61,725 nt of DNA from a virus (IMGVR_UViG_3300043409_000886:1-61725), one strand, 5' to 3'; shown: positions 7,437-16,052, numbered from the stretch's first letter. Notes: generated by a model from the sequence alone, not told the origin. Translations and numbers: made by a program.

Positions 7437-7735
7437 GACACAAACACGCAGACCTGATCCACGCGTGGGCTGACGGGGCAGAGATACAACAAAATGTTCC
7501 CCAGTTTCAGGGGGAGATTTATACTACTAAGTGGTTTGATGACCCCGACCCCCTGTGGTGTTTATTGGCTGAGTACCGCATCAAGCCGCAACCTAAACCG
7601 GACTTTGAAATTCATCTTTACGTAATATATGACTCGCTTTATACAACCGCTGTTTGCAAAAGCGGCACACCAAATGTGCGCTACGTCTTTGACGGCGAAA
7701 CTAACAAACTTAAATCTGCGGAGGTAATAAAATGA
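7433..7735 (+). CDS. Hypothetical protein, paralog B
   Basis: Tandem paralog of 7164-7436. Confidence 0.75.
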   Translation: MRHKHADLIHAWADGAEIQQNVPQFQGEIYTTKWFDDPDPLWCLLAEYRIKPQPKPDFEIHLYVIYDSLYTTAVCKSGTPNVRYVFDGETNKLKSAEVIK

Positions 7736-7962
7736 GTGACAAGACAGGTGGGTCAGCGTATCCAATTATAGGCATACGCGAAATATATGGGCAACCGATG
7801 CAGAACATAATCGCTGACGGCATGACCCTGCTCGATCATTTTGCAGGACAGGCGATGCAGTTGTACCCCATGCTGCACGACGAGGCGGCCGCAAAGTGTA
7901 GCTACGACAGAGCGGAGGCAATGATAAAAGAAAGGGAGGAGCGCAATGAACGAAGGTCTTGA
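7732..7962 (+). CDS. Hypothetical protein
   Basis: GGSAYP...GMTLLDHFAGQAM...AEAMIKER, a common phage motif. Confidence 0.7.
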   Translation: MSDKTGGSAYPIIGIREIYGQPMQNIIADGMTLLDHFAGQAMQLYPMLHDEAAAKCSYDRAEAMIKEREERNERRS

Positions 7963-8170
7963 ACATCGCTTCTATGTTCCTTCTGAATACTGGGATGAAT
8001 GGTACAAGATCGTACATGACAATAACCTCAGTAGATTTGCGCTTGGCTCAACCGGAGTCGAGAACGGTATCAAGAAAAATTCAGATCATTGGAACGTACA
8101 AGCAAATCTTCGCGCCGAAGCTGAAGGCTTACCACCACGCGAGAACTTACTACTAAGGGAATTCAAATGA
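7946..8170 (+). CDS. Hypothetical protein
   Basis: GGAGGAG RBS. Confidence 0.6.
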   Translation: MNEGLEHRFYVPSEYWDEWYKIVHDNNLSRFALGSTGVENGIKKNSDHWNVQANLRAEAEGLPPRENLLLREFK

Positions 8171-8373
8171 ACGAACGGATTAGAGAACTTGCCATAGAAG
8201 CCGGGGCTGTGGTGTACGGATGCGGTTACGGCACACTTGATTTTGATGTAGAAAAGTTTGCCGAGTTGATTGTGCGGGAATGTGCTGACTTTGTTGCCGC
8301 CGGAGAATTTGGTGACCCCGGAACCGCCAAAATGTTAATGGAAGATTTTGGAGTGGAGGAGAAGAACGAATGA
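8167..8373 (+). CDS. Hypothetical protein
   Basis: MNERIRELA...EKFAELIVRECA motif. Confidence 0.7.
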   Translation: MNERIRELAIEAGAVVYGCGYGTLDFDVEKFAELIVRECADFVAAGEFGDPGTAKMLMEDFGVEEKNE

Positions 8374-8591
8374 AAAAACGAATACAAAAACTTTTAAATC
8401 TTGCCGTAAAAGATGAGGTTGAGGTACACGTTGTGCATGAAACGGCAAAGGTGCGCCACAGAGGAATATACCTAGATGGCGTGTACACAAGAGGTATGGC
8501 CATAGTTATCAAGCAAGAAGCTGAACAGATACTGGATTTCTTTGCCCGTCAAGACACAGCATTGAAGAAGTCAATGGAGAAAACAAAATGA
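8370..8591 (+). CDS. Hypothetical protein
   Basis: ATGA overlaps. Confidence 0.6.
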   Translation: MKKRIQKLLNLAVKDEVEVHVVHETAKVRHRGIYLDGVYTRGMAIVIKQEAEQILDFFARQDTALKKSMEKTK

Positions 8592-8785
8592 CCAAACCAG
8601 TGGATAGGTTCGACCTCGAGCAGGCCATACTCAATTGTTGGGGAATCACAAGTGACCTGCGCATGGCGGCTGAGGGGCGGGCCAACGCCGAACTTCTCAA
8701 CGCCATGGCGGTGCTGTATGATGCGAGGTTTGAAGTTCTGTTTAAGGTACTAACAACCATGATTGAGGAAAGGAAGTTTAAATGA
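8588..8785 (+). CDS. Hypothetical protein
   Basis: DRFDLEQAILNCW motif; RBS GGAG. Confidence 0.65.
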   Translation: MTKPVDRFDLEQAILNCWGITSDLRMAAEGRANAELLNAMAVLYDARFEVLFKVLTTMIEERKFK

Positions 8786-8985
8786 AAAAAGCCAGACTGG
8801 AGTACGTAATGGACGCACGGGGCGAGCTTCAAAAGATCGTGGCAACAGACGCGGTGACGGGGAAGCATTTGGTGGACGTGCTCTGGGACCCCACGGACGA
8901 GCACACGGAGGAGAACCTCGCCGAGTTTGAGGTTTGGGCTAAAAGAATGTTAAAGCGGCTCCAATTCGAGGTTGATGCGGCGTAG
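8782..8985 (+). CDS. Hypothetical protein
   Basis: ATGA overlap; last gene of the early block. Confidence 0.65.
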   Translation: MKKARLEYVMDARGELQKIVATDAVTGKHLVDVLWDPTDEHTEENLAEFEVWAKRMLKRLQFEVDAA

Positions 8986-9014
8986 GCGATGTACCGGGAG
9001 GCATCAAACCGGCA

Positions 9015-9038
9015 GCCGAGGTACCTAAGTACCTCGGC
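9015..9038. terminator. Hairpin between convergent genes
   Basis: GCCGAGGTAC-CTAA-GTACCTCGGC. Confidence 0.45.
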
Positions 9039-9787
9039 TATTCTTGGACGTACTTGTTGTGTTTTGAGCTGTTCTCGGAAGCAGTTATGATCTGAAGATT
9101 TGCAGCAATGTGCAGACCCGACACATTGCGACCCTGCAAAGGGATCACGTGGTCCACGGCGTGTTGTATGCCCGTCACCCTCGTGCGCTCAGCGCACAGC
9201 ACATAGACCGCCTCAATCTCGGCTCGCTGCTCCTGTGTCAACCAAGGTGGTGTCCGCTGCAGCTTGGCCGCACGGCGGCGCGCGGTTTTTGCGTTGATTT
9301 TGCCGGGGTGCGCCTTTGCGTATTTGGCTCGGTAGGCGGCAGCTTTTTCCACGTTTGCTGCGCGATACACGGCGTGGCGGGCGGCAACCTTCGCGACGTT
9401 GGCCTCATAATACTTGGCGTTGTGGGCGGCAGCCTTCTCCGGGTTTGCCCTACGATATTCGGCTTGATAGGCGGCAACCTTCTCGACGTTGGCCACACGA
9501 TACAAGGCTCGTTGGGCGGCAACCTTCTCGACGTTGGCCACACGATACAAGGCTTGCTGGGCGACAACTTTCTCAAAACTTTCAGGGCTAAGCCAACCCT
9601 CATAAAGAAGCCCGGTCTTTTTAGCTATTGCGGCTCCATACCCTTGGAACCTGCGCCCATCAGCCCGGGTGTCCCCATACCTGAACGGCACCCCAGTGGC
9701 CGGGTTAATGCGCCTGAGCGATACAGACGGCTTCAAGCCCTCAATGTTGACGGGCAAGGATTCAGGTAAAACGGGAGTGTGGTTCAA
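9038..9787 (-). CDS. HNH homing endonuclease with 15-aa helical repeats
   Basis: C-terminal VDHVIPLQGRNVSGLHIAANLQIITASENSSKHN; central YRVANVEKVAA repeats. Confidence 0.85.
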   Translation of the reverse strand: MNHTPVLPESLPVNIEGLKPSVSLRRINPATGVPFRYGDTRADGRRFQGYGAAIAKKTGLLYEGWLSPESFEKVVAQQALYRVANVEKVAAQRALYRVANVEKVAAYQAEYRRANPEKAAAHNAKYYEANVAKVAARHAVYRAANVEKAAAYRAKYAKAHPGKINAKTARRRAAKLQRTPPWLTQEQRAEIEAVYVLCAERTRVTGIQHAVDHVIPLQGRNVSGLHIAANLQIITASENSSKHNKYVQE

Positions 9788-9886
9788 GATAGAGCTCCAG
9801 TACGCTAAGGTGAGGTGGAAGGCTGCCTAGTTGCGGTACTGGCCACAACAAGATTTGCAAATCGGTTCGGCAGCTTCCTGTAACTA

Positions 9887-9914
9887 CTTATGCAAAAAAT
9901 TGGGGACAACCGCC
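9887..9914 (-). promoter_or_regulatory. Phage promoter class GGCG-N18-YATAAG
   Basis: GGGGCG-N18-CATAAGT upstream of the HNH gene. Confidence 0.7.
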
Positions 9915-9949
9915 CCAATGTTTTGCCTTGTTACAAATTGTTACAATTA

Positions 9950-10079
9950 TGTACACAGGTGTCAAGAAGTCGACAGTTTTGCGTATGTTAAGTATGGGTA
10001 GTGATAGTATATTTGACTTTATTTAATTTTAAAAAAGAGAGAAAGAGAAATATACTGGGAGTAACTCATTTAGACCCTG
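9950..10079. repeat. ~130-bp AT-rich element, inverted copy at 60840-60968 (candidate origin)
   Basis: Two near-identical blocks flanking a variable A/T-rich core. Confidence 0.9.
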
Positions 10080-10249
10080 CCAAGGGTTACTTGCCTGCCA
10101 ATTGTGTACAATCCGCCGCCCCAGCACCTTATGGAATCTCAAAAACCCTCCACAACGCGCTACAAGCCACGCAGGCACCTTTTGGCTACTACCCCCTATT
10201 CGCTGTTCGCGAACCCCGCTGGCGCTGGCCTGACAAGCCCGGAGCCCCC

Positions 10250-10277
10250 TTGACAACCCTTTCGTAGTTTGTATAAG
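10250..10277 (+). promoter_or_regulatory. Promoter class TTGACA-N16-TATAAG for the replication operon
   Basis: TTGACA ACCCTTTCGTAGTTTG TATAAGT. Confidence 0.65.
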
Positions 10278-10299
10278 TGAAGTATAACCGGAGAGCACT

Positions 10300-10824
10300 G
10301 TGAAGATTTACATTGGACCCTACATAAACTGGACTGGACCCTATCAGATCGCCGACCTCCTGCGCTACGTTGGCGTTAAGGAGGACGCCCGCCACAGGGC
10401 CGGGGAGTGGCTCTCCAAGACCCGGGTCAACCAACTCTGCGAGTGGCTGGAGTCAAAGCGCCACCGCACCATAAAGGTACGGATCGACCCCTACGACACG
10501 TGGTCGATGGATTCCACCCTATCGCTCATCATTTTGCCCATGCTGGTGCAGCTGGCGGCGAACAAGCACGGAGCACCCTTCACGGACGACGCCGACGTGC
10601 CCGAGCACCTGCGCTCCACCAGCGCCCCGCCCAAGGAGAATGAGTGGGACACCGACGCCCTGCACTTCGTCCGGTGGGACTGGATACTAAACGAAATGAT
10701 ATGGGCCTTCCAGCGCACCAGCGACAAGGTGACGGACGGGATTGAGTTTGACGAGACGCTAAGGGCCCGGGAGGCCAAAGGCTTCCAGCTCTTCGGCAAA
10801 TATTACCGCGCACTTTGGGACTGA
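10300..10824 (+). CDS. Conserved phage hypothetical protein
   Basis: GGAG RBS; IDPYDTWSMDSTLSLIILPML...WDWILNEMIWAF...LFGKYYRALWD. Confidence 0.75.
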   Translation: MKIYIGPYINWTGPYQIADLLRYVGVKEDARHRAGEWLSKTRVNQLCEWLESKRHRTIKVRIDPYDTWSMDSTLSLIILPMLVQLAANKHGAPFTDDADVPEHLRSTSAPPKENEWDTDALHFVRWDWILNEMIWAFQRTSDKVTDGIEFDETLRAREAKGFQLFGKYYRALWD

Positions 10825-10825
10825 C

Positions 10826-13165
10826 ATGCAAAACACCACACAGACACAGACAAACAACAAACCGACCGCACTGCCGGTCCAGTTCGGCAACATCCCGCTA
10901 CCCCTCAGGCAGGTGCCCCGTTGGGTGCTCTGGAGCCACGTGCTGGTCGGGGAGGGCGACAAGTCCCGCTGGTCGAAGCTCCCCCTCCAAGCCTCAGGCC
11001 GCTCCGCCTCATCGACCAATCCAGCCACATGGGCGGGCTATATTGAAGTCGAGGCGGCGTACGCCTCCGGGAATTTTGACGGGGTGGGGTTCGTGTTCGA
11101 TGGGACCGACCAGCTGGTCGGGATCGACCTCGACGACTGCTACGACACCGCCACCAACCGTTTCACAAATGCTGCACTGCAGCAAATAGCCACCTCCGTG
11201 GAGGGTTACATGGAGGTCAGCCCCTCAGGGACGGGGGTGAAGCTCTTCACCTTGGCCGACCTGCCGGGGGCGCACGTCGACCACACCTTGGGGCTGGAGG
11301 TCTACCCCAAGGGGCGCTACTTCACGGTGACGGGTCACAAGCTCTCGGGTGAGATACCGACCACCCCGCAGGACCTGACGAGCCACATACCGGCACGCGC
11401 GGTGAAGCTCTCGGGTGACGACTTCGCGGACTACTCGCCCCCCGTGGAGGGGTACGACATGCCACGGGTGCGGGACGAGGTGCTCTCCCAGATCGACCCG
11501 GACTGTGGCTACACGGACTGGCTCACCGTCGGGATGGCGCTGCACCACCAGTTCGGTGGCTCGGTGGAGGCACAGGAGCTCTGGGACGAGTGGTCCTACC
11601 AAGACGGGGCCTGCGGTGCCTACACCCCGGGGGCCTGCGAGCGGAAGTGGTCCAGCTTCACCCGCAAGGGCGGCGCCACCCTGCGGAGCCTGACCTTCAA
11701 GGTCTCCGCGGCCAAGCGCACCGTGGCGCTCGCCCGGGGCGAGGTCGTCCTCGACGGGGGTCAGCCCCTCGTGCACGCCCGGGAGTTCCTGAGCTCCATG
11801 TACGCCTCCGAGGAGGGCACCAAGCTGGTGCACTACGCGGACGACTTCTTTATCCACGTCGGGACGCACTACGAGGAGATCGAGGAGGCCACGATACGGT
11901 CGCACCTGTACCGCTTCTTGGAGAAGTGCAAGACGCAGGACAAGAAGGGGAACGTCGTCCCGTTCAGGGCGCAGCCGGCCACCGTGACGGCCGGCCTCGA
12001 CGCCATCAAGGCCCTGACGCACTTGGCCAACCAGCCCAACACCCGCCCGCCCGTCTGGCTGGAGGGCTACGCCGCCACCCGCCCCCCGGCGGCGAAGCTG
12101 ATAAGCCTCCAGAACGGGCTGTTCCACTTGGAGGACGGCCTGCTGATGCCGCACAGCTTGGGGTTCTTCACGCAGAACAGCCTCCCCTTTGGCTGGGAGC
12201 CGGGCGCCACGTGCCCGGAGTGGAACAAGTTCTTGGGCGACATCTGGGGGGACGACGCCGAGTCGATACGGCTCCTGCAGGAGTTCTTCGGGTACATCCT
12301 CTCGGGTGACACCCGGCAGCAGAAGCTCCTGAACGTGATTGGACCGCGCCGGTCGGGGAAGGGCACCATCAACAAGGTGCTGGTCTCCCTGCTGGGGCAG
12401 CACAACACGGCCGCCCCGCAGCTGGAGGAGCTGTGCGACACCTTCGGCCTGCAGCCGTGGCTCGGGAAGCTCCTCGCCAGCTTCACGGACGCGCGCGCCC
12501 CCTCACGCAACACGGGGGGCATCGTCTCCCAGCTGCTGCGGATCGTGGGTGGCGACACCGTGACCGTGAACCGCAAGAACAAGGAGGCGTGGCACGGTTA
12601 CCTCCCGGCGCGGATCGTGGTCTACTCCAACGAGGCGCTGCAGTTGGCGGAGAACTCGAACGCGCTGACGGGTCGCATGATGGTCCTGAAGATGAGCAAC
12701 AGCTTCTACGGCAGGGAGGACATCGACTTGGCCACCCGGCTGGGGACGGAGCTGCCCGGGATATTCAACTGGGCGATGGAGGGGCAGCGCAACAGGCTGC
12801 AGCGTGACGGGCAGCGGTTCATACAACCCGCCACGGGGCGCGAGATGCTGGAGCTGATGGAGGAGATCGGTAACCCGATTGGCTCCTTCCTCGAGCGTGT
12901 GCTGGTGTTCGACACGGACAGCGTGGTGGAGAAGGACCACGTCTTCGCGTGCTACAAACGCTGGGCGCTGTCCAAGAACATCAACCCCGGGACGGACCTC
13001 TCCTTCAAGCGGCGCTTCTTGGCCGCCACGTCGGACAGGCGCGTCATATCCGCGCTCGACCGGAGCGGGGGCCTGCAGCGTCACGTCTACCGCGGGGTCA
13101 AGTTCAGCGACGCCGCACAGAAATTTGTCGACTCACTTGAGGCTTTCAACGAGGAGGTATTTTGA
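10826..13165 (+). CDS. Primase-polymerase/helicase (AEP-type N-term, PriCT-2, D5-like SF3 helicase)
   Basis: GIDLDDC, EVSPSGTG, EVY.KGRYFTVTG; W..VGMALH..WDEWS; Walker A GPRRSGKGT. Confidence 0.9.
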   Translation: MQNTTQTQTNNKPTALPVQFGNIPLPLRQVPRWVLWSHVLVGEGDKSRWSKLPLQASGRSASSTNPATWAGYIEVEAAYASGNFDGVGFVFDGTDQLVGIDLDDCYDTATNRFTNAALQQIATSVEGYMEVSPSGTGVKLFTLADLPGAHVDHTLGLEVYPKGRYFTVTGHKLSGEIPTTPQDLTSHIPARAVKLSGDDFADYSPPVEGYDMPRVRDEVLSQIDPDCGYTDWLTVGMALHHQFGGSVEAQELWDEWSYQDGACGAYTPGACERKWSSFTRKGGATLRSLTFKVSAAKRTVALARGEVVLDGGQPLVHAREFLSSMYASEEGTKLVHYADDFFIHVGTHYEEIEEATIRSHLYRFLEKCKTQDKKGNVVPFRAQPATVTAGLDAIKALTHLANQPNTRPPVWLEGYAATRPPAAKLISLQNGLFHLEDGLLMPHSLGFFTQNSLPFGWEPGATCPEWNKFLGDIWGDDAESIRLLQEFFGYILSGDTRQQKLLNVIGPRRSGKGTINKVLVSLLGQHNTAAPQLEELCDTFGLQPWLGKLLASFTDARAPSRNTGGIVSQLLRIVGGDTVTVNRKNKEAWHGYLPARIVVYSNEALQLAENSNALTGRMMVLKMSNSFYGREDIDLATRLGTELPGIFNWAMEGQRNRLQRDGQRFIQPATGREMLELMEEIGNPIGSFLERVLVFDTDSVVEKDHVFACYKRWALSKNINPGTDLSFKRRFLAATSDRRVISALDRSGGLQRHVYRGVKFSDAAQKFVDSLEAFNEEVF

Positions 13166-13884
13166 AAAAGATTAAGTACCCGTACTACAACATCGACTGC
13201 GGCTTCTTCCCGGCGCAGATCAAGCTCTGCTTCAACGACGCGGACTTCCAACGCATCCTCAAGGACCACAAGATCGAGTACCGCGCCAACGCCCTCGACG
13301 AGGGGTGCGCCGAGACGCACTACTTCTCCGATGGGAAGGAGGGGCTGATCGTCCTCGCCATCGACTTGGAGGTGGCGGGGACGGACGTCGCGGTGGTGGC
13401 GGGCACCGTGGCGCATGAGGCCACGCACTGCGCCGAGCGGGTCTTCGAGCACATCGGGGAGGAGCGCGACAGGATCGGGGAGGAGACACGGGCCTACTTG
13501 ACTGAGCACATTGTGGCGCAGTCGATGAAGGCGATCGAAATGTACCGGAGGGACTATGCAAGCAAAATCAAAAAACCCGCTCGAGAGGGAGATAGAAAAG
13601 ACGTTGGTAAAAAAGGTCAAGGCGGCGGGGGGACTGTGCCTGAAGTGGACAAGCAGCGTGACGGGGGTGCCGGACAGGCTGGTGTTCCTGAACCGGCGGG
13701 TGCACCTCGTGGAGCTGAAGACCGCGACGGGAAAGGTATCACCCCGCCAGATCGTGATGTTCAAACTACTATCCACGCTTGGGTTCCCCGTCTGGATTCT
13801 AAGGAGTACAACCGAAATAGAAAGGTTCCTCGAGCAGGCACCACGCTTGGAATAGAAAGGTACCCCAATGAAACAGAAAAGTGA
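13162..13884 (+). CDS. HExxH (zincin-like) protein whose tail overlaps the VRR-NUC gene
   Basis: TTGA coupling to the primase stop; AHEATH...EETRAY. Confidence 0.6.
   Translation: MKKIKYPYYNIDCGFFPAQIKLCFNDADFQRILKDHKIEYRANALDEGCAETHYFSDGKEGLIVLAIDLEVAGTDVAVVAGTVAHEATHCAERVFEHIGEERDRIGEETRAYLTEHIVAQSMKAIEMYRRDYASKIKKPAREGDRKDVGKKGQGGGGTVPEVDKQRDGGAGQAGVPEPAGAPRGAEDRDGKGITPPDRDVQTTIHAWVPRLDSKEYNRNRKVPRAGTTLGIERYPNETEK
13556..13855 (+). CDS. VRR-NUC domain nuclease
   Basis: GGAGG RBS; ERE.E..L...GG.C.K....GVPDRL...VELKT..GK....Q. Confidence 0.85.
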   Translation: MQAKSKNPLEREIEKTLVKKVKAAGGLCLKWTSSVTGVPDRLVFLNRRVHLVELKTATGKVSPRQIVMFKLLSTLGFPVWILRSTTEIERFLEQAPRLE

Positions 13885-15223
13885 TCTGCACCAGTACCAG
13901 CTCGATGTTCTCAAATTGGGTACGATCGTCCCCAATTTGAGTACGATCACCCCCAATTTGGGGCTGTTCATGGAGCCGGGCCTCGGTAAGACTGTCACCG
14001 CGCTGACACTAATAGCCGAGAGTCCGTCGGGCAGGACGCTGATCGTGGCCCCCAAGCGGGTGGCGGAGTCGGTCTGGGCCGAGGAGTGCCAGCAGTGGGC
14101 ACACCTTGCCCACCTGCGCGCCTCCAAGGTCATGGGGACCCCCAAGGAGCGTCTGGCGGCGCTCGAGGTCAAGGCCGACCTCTACATCACCAACGTCGAG
14201 AACTTGGTCTGGCTGATTGAGCAGGGAGCCAAGTTCGACTACCTGATCGTGGACGAGTCGAGCCGGTTCAAGGACCCCTCCTCGAAGCGTTTCAAGGCGC
14301 TCAAGAAGGTGCTCAAGGACTTCAGGCGCCGCTTCATCCTGACCGGCACCCCCACGCCGCAGGGGTACGCCGACCTGTGGGCTCAGGTGGGCATCCTCGA
14401 CTTGGGGCAGCGACTGGGTAAGTCCATGACGAGCTTCAGGCAGACCTACATGCACGTCACCGACCGCAACCACCGCACGGGTGTGGTCTACGCGTGGGGG
14501 CTTAATGATGGCGCCGCCGGCGTGATCGAGGGGAAGATAAAGGACATCTGCGTCTCCTTGAAGGCCGCGGACTACCTGCAGCTGCCCCCGCTCATGAACG
14601 TGGAGCACAGGCTGCCGCTCGACGCGGATGTCATGGCGAAGTACAAGGAGCTGAAGAAGACCATGGTGGTGGAGATAGCCGGCGACACGGTGACCGCAGT
14701 AACAGCCGCCGTGCTGGCCGGGAAGCTGTTACAATTCACATCCGGTGCGGTCTACAACGAAGAGAAAGAGGCGCTGCATGTACACGACACGAAGATTGAA
14801 TTTCTCGAATCAATTATTGAGGAGGCAAACGGAGCGCCGACAATCATATTTTACAATTTCCAATCGAGCCTCGCCCGACTGCAGCGCGCCCTCCCCTACG
14901 GACGCGTACTACAGACCAGTTACATCGAGCCTTGGCGAGAGGGACGAGTCCCCGTACTCTTCGCCCACCCCCAGTCCGGGGGGATTGGACTAAACCTGCA
15001 GTGCAACACCCACGAGGTGGCGCACTGCGTCTGGTTCGACCTCCCGTGGTCGAGCGAGCTGTACATACAGGCCAACGCGCGGGTCTACAGGCAGGGACAG
15101 TTGAAGCCAGTCGTGCTCCATCACCTTATAGCTGCCGACACAATCGACGAGCAGGTACTTGAAGTGCTCGCCGGTAAGATAAACACTCAGGCCGCTTTAC
15201 TTGCGGCCCTAAATTTGCATTAG
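13868..15223 (+). CDS. SNF2-like SF2 helicase
   Basis: MEPGLGKT, IVDESS, LTGTP, SGGIGLNLQ, QANARVYRQGQ. Confidence 0.9.
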   Translation: MKQKSDLHQYQLDVLKLGTIVPNLSTITPNLGLFMEPGLGKTVTALTLIAESPSGRTLIVAPKRVAESVWAEECQQWAHLAHLRASKVMGTPKERLAALEVKADLYITNVENLVWLIEQGAKFDYLIVDESSRFKDPSSKRFKALKKVLKDFRRRFILTGTPTPQGYADLWAQVGILDLGQRLGKSMTSFRQTYMHVTDRNHRTGVVYAWGLNDGAAGVIEGKIKDICVSLKAADYLQLPPLMNVEHRLPLDADVMAKYKELKKTMVVEIAGDTVTAVTAAVLAGKLLQFTSGAVYNEEKEALHVHDTKIEFLESIIEEANGAPTIIFYNFQSSLARLQRALPYGRVLQTSYIEPWREGRVPVLFAHPQSGGIGLNLQCNTHEVAHCVWFDLPWSSELYIQANARVYRQGQLKPVVLHHLIAADTIDEQVLEVLAGKINTQAALLAALNLH

Positions 15224-15229
15224 TATATA

Positions 15230-15547
15230 ATGAAACCCACAACCTATGTAATGAACAAAGCATCCCCCCGACTGTCTGACGAGGAGCCCGACCCACTGGA
15301 GCGGGACGACCCGGACGACGACCCACTGCACGAGAGCGGGGACCGGGGGCTGCCGTGGGACAGCGACGACCTCCTAGACATCCGCAACATTGTCGACGAG
15401 TTGCCGGTGGAGCAGCAGGAGATAGTGGAGGCGATGCTGCTGGGGCAGAACCACGAAGACCTCGAGGTCACGGAGAAGTACTGGCGGTACCACCTCGCCA
15501 AGGCCGTGGCAACGATCCGCAGGAAAATGGGAATTAACTTAATTTAG
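15230..15547 (+). CDS. Stand-alone sigma region-4-like protein with acidic N-terminus
   Basis: DIRNIVDELPVEQQEIVEAMLLG...HLAKAVATIRRKM resembles sigma 4.1/4.2; likely leaderless (CATTAG-N6-ATG). Confidence 0.6.
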   Translation: MKPTTYVMNKASPRLSDEEPDPLERDDPDDDPLHESGDRGLPWDSDDLLDIRNIVDELPVEQQEIVEAMLLGQNHEDLEVTEKYWRYHLAKAVATIRRKMGINLI

Positions 15548-15561
15548 AAAAGGAGCAAAAT

Positions 15562-15756
15562 ATGGAACAGCCGCAACTTAAGTTTAGTTTTTCGTTGGAC
15601 GAGACAAACGCCATCCTCACCATCCTTGGGGACGCACCCTACATCCGATCGGCGAAGCTCATCGCGCTGATACAGAAGCAGGGCGCAGACCACACCGCCG
15701 AGATTGAGGCCTACGAGGCCGCACAGCGCGATAAGACGGTGCACCCCAATGAGTGA
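15562..15756 (+). CDS. Hypothetical protein
   Basis: AAGGAG RBS. Confidence 0.7.
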   Translation: MEQPQLKFSFSLDETNAILTILGDAPYIRSAKLIALIQKQGADHTAEIEAYEAAQRDKTVHPNE

Positions 15757-15940
15757 CGCACCCTTCCAGAAAACCCCCGCGGCGACCCTCGTGAGCGCCA
15801 TGGAGCCCACCCACAAACTCGACCCCAAGCGGGCGGAGCTGGCGGGCGCCATCACCCGGACGATCATCAATCAGGCGCTCACCGAGGTGCGCCGTGTCAA
15901 GGAACACATGGCCAAACAGGAGGGCGAGAAGGGTAAATAA
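15749..15940 (+). CDS. Hypothetical protein
   Basis: ATG at 15749 overlaps the upstream stop. Confidence 0.55.
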   Translation: MSDAPFQKTPAATLVSAMEPTHKLDPKRAELAGAITRTIINQALTEVRRVKEHMAKQEGEKGK

Positions 15941-15950
15941 TTTGTATAAG
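15923..15950 (+). promoter_or_regulatory. Phage promoter class GGCG-N18-YATAAG
   Basis: GGGCG AGAAGGGTAAATAATTTG TATAAGT. Confidence 0.7.
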
Positions 15951-16052
15951 TGGTTATAGGGGGATCAATATAAAGACGCCCGGGGTTGGCATAGCTCGCC
16001 ACCGGGCACCCCTTTCCCCATAATTTACTGTACAGTAAAAGAGAGAATAAAA

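Noticed and set aside
11225-14172. Long antisense ORFs (e.g. 11225..12403, 13087..14172; also 781..1722, 33997..34995, 49492..50418)
   Set aside because: Shadows of GC-rich coding strands with no motifs or RBS, opposite well-supported genes.
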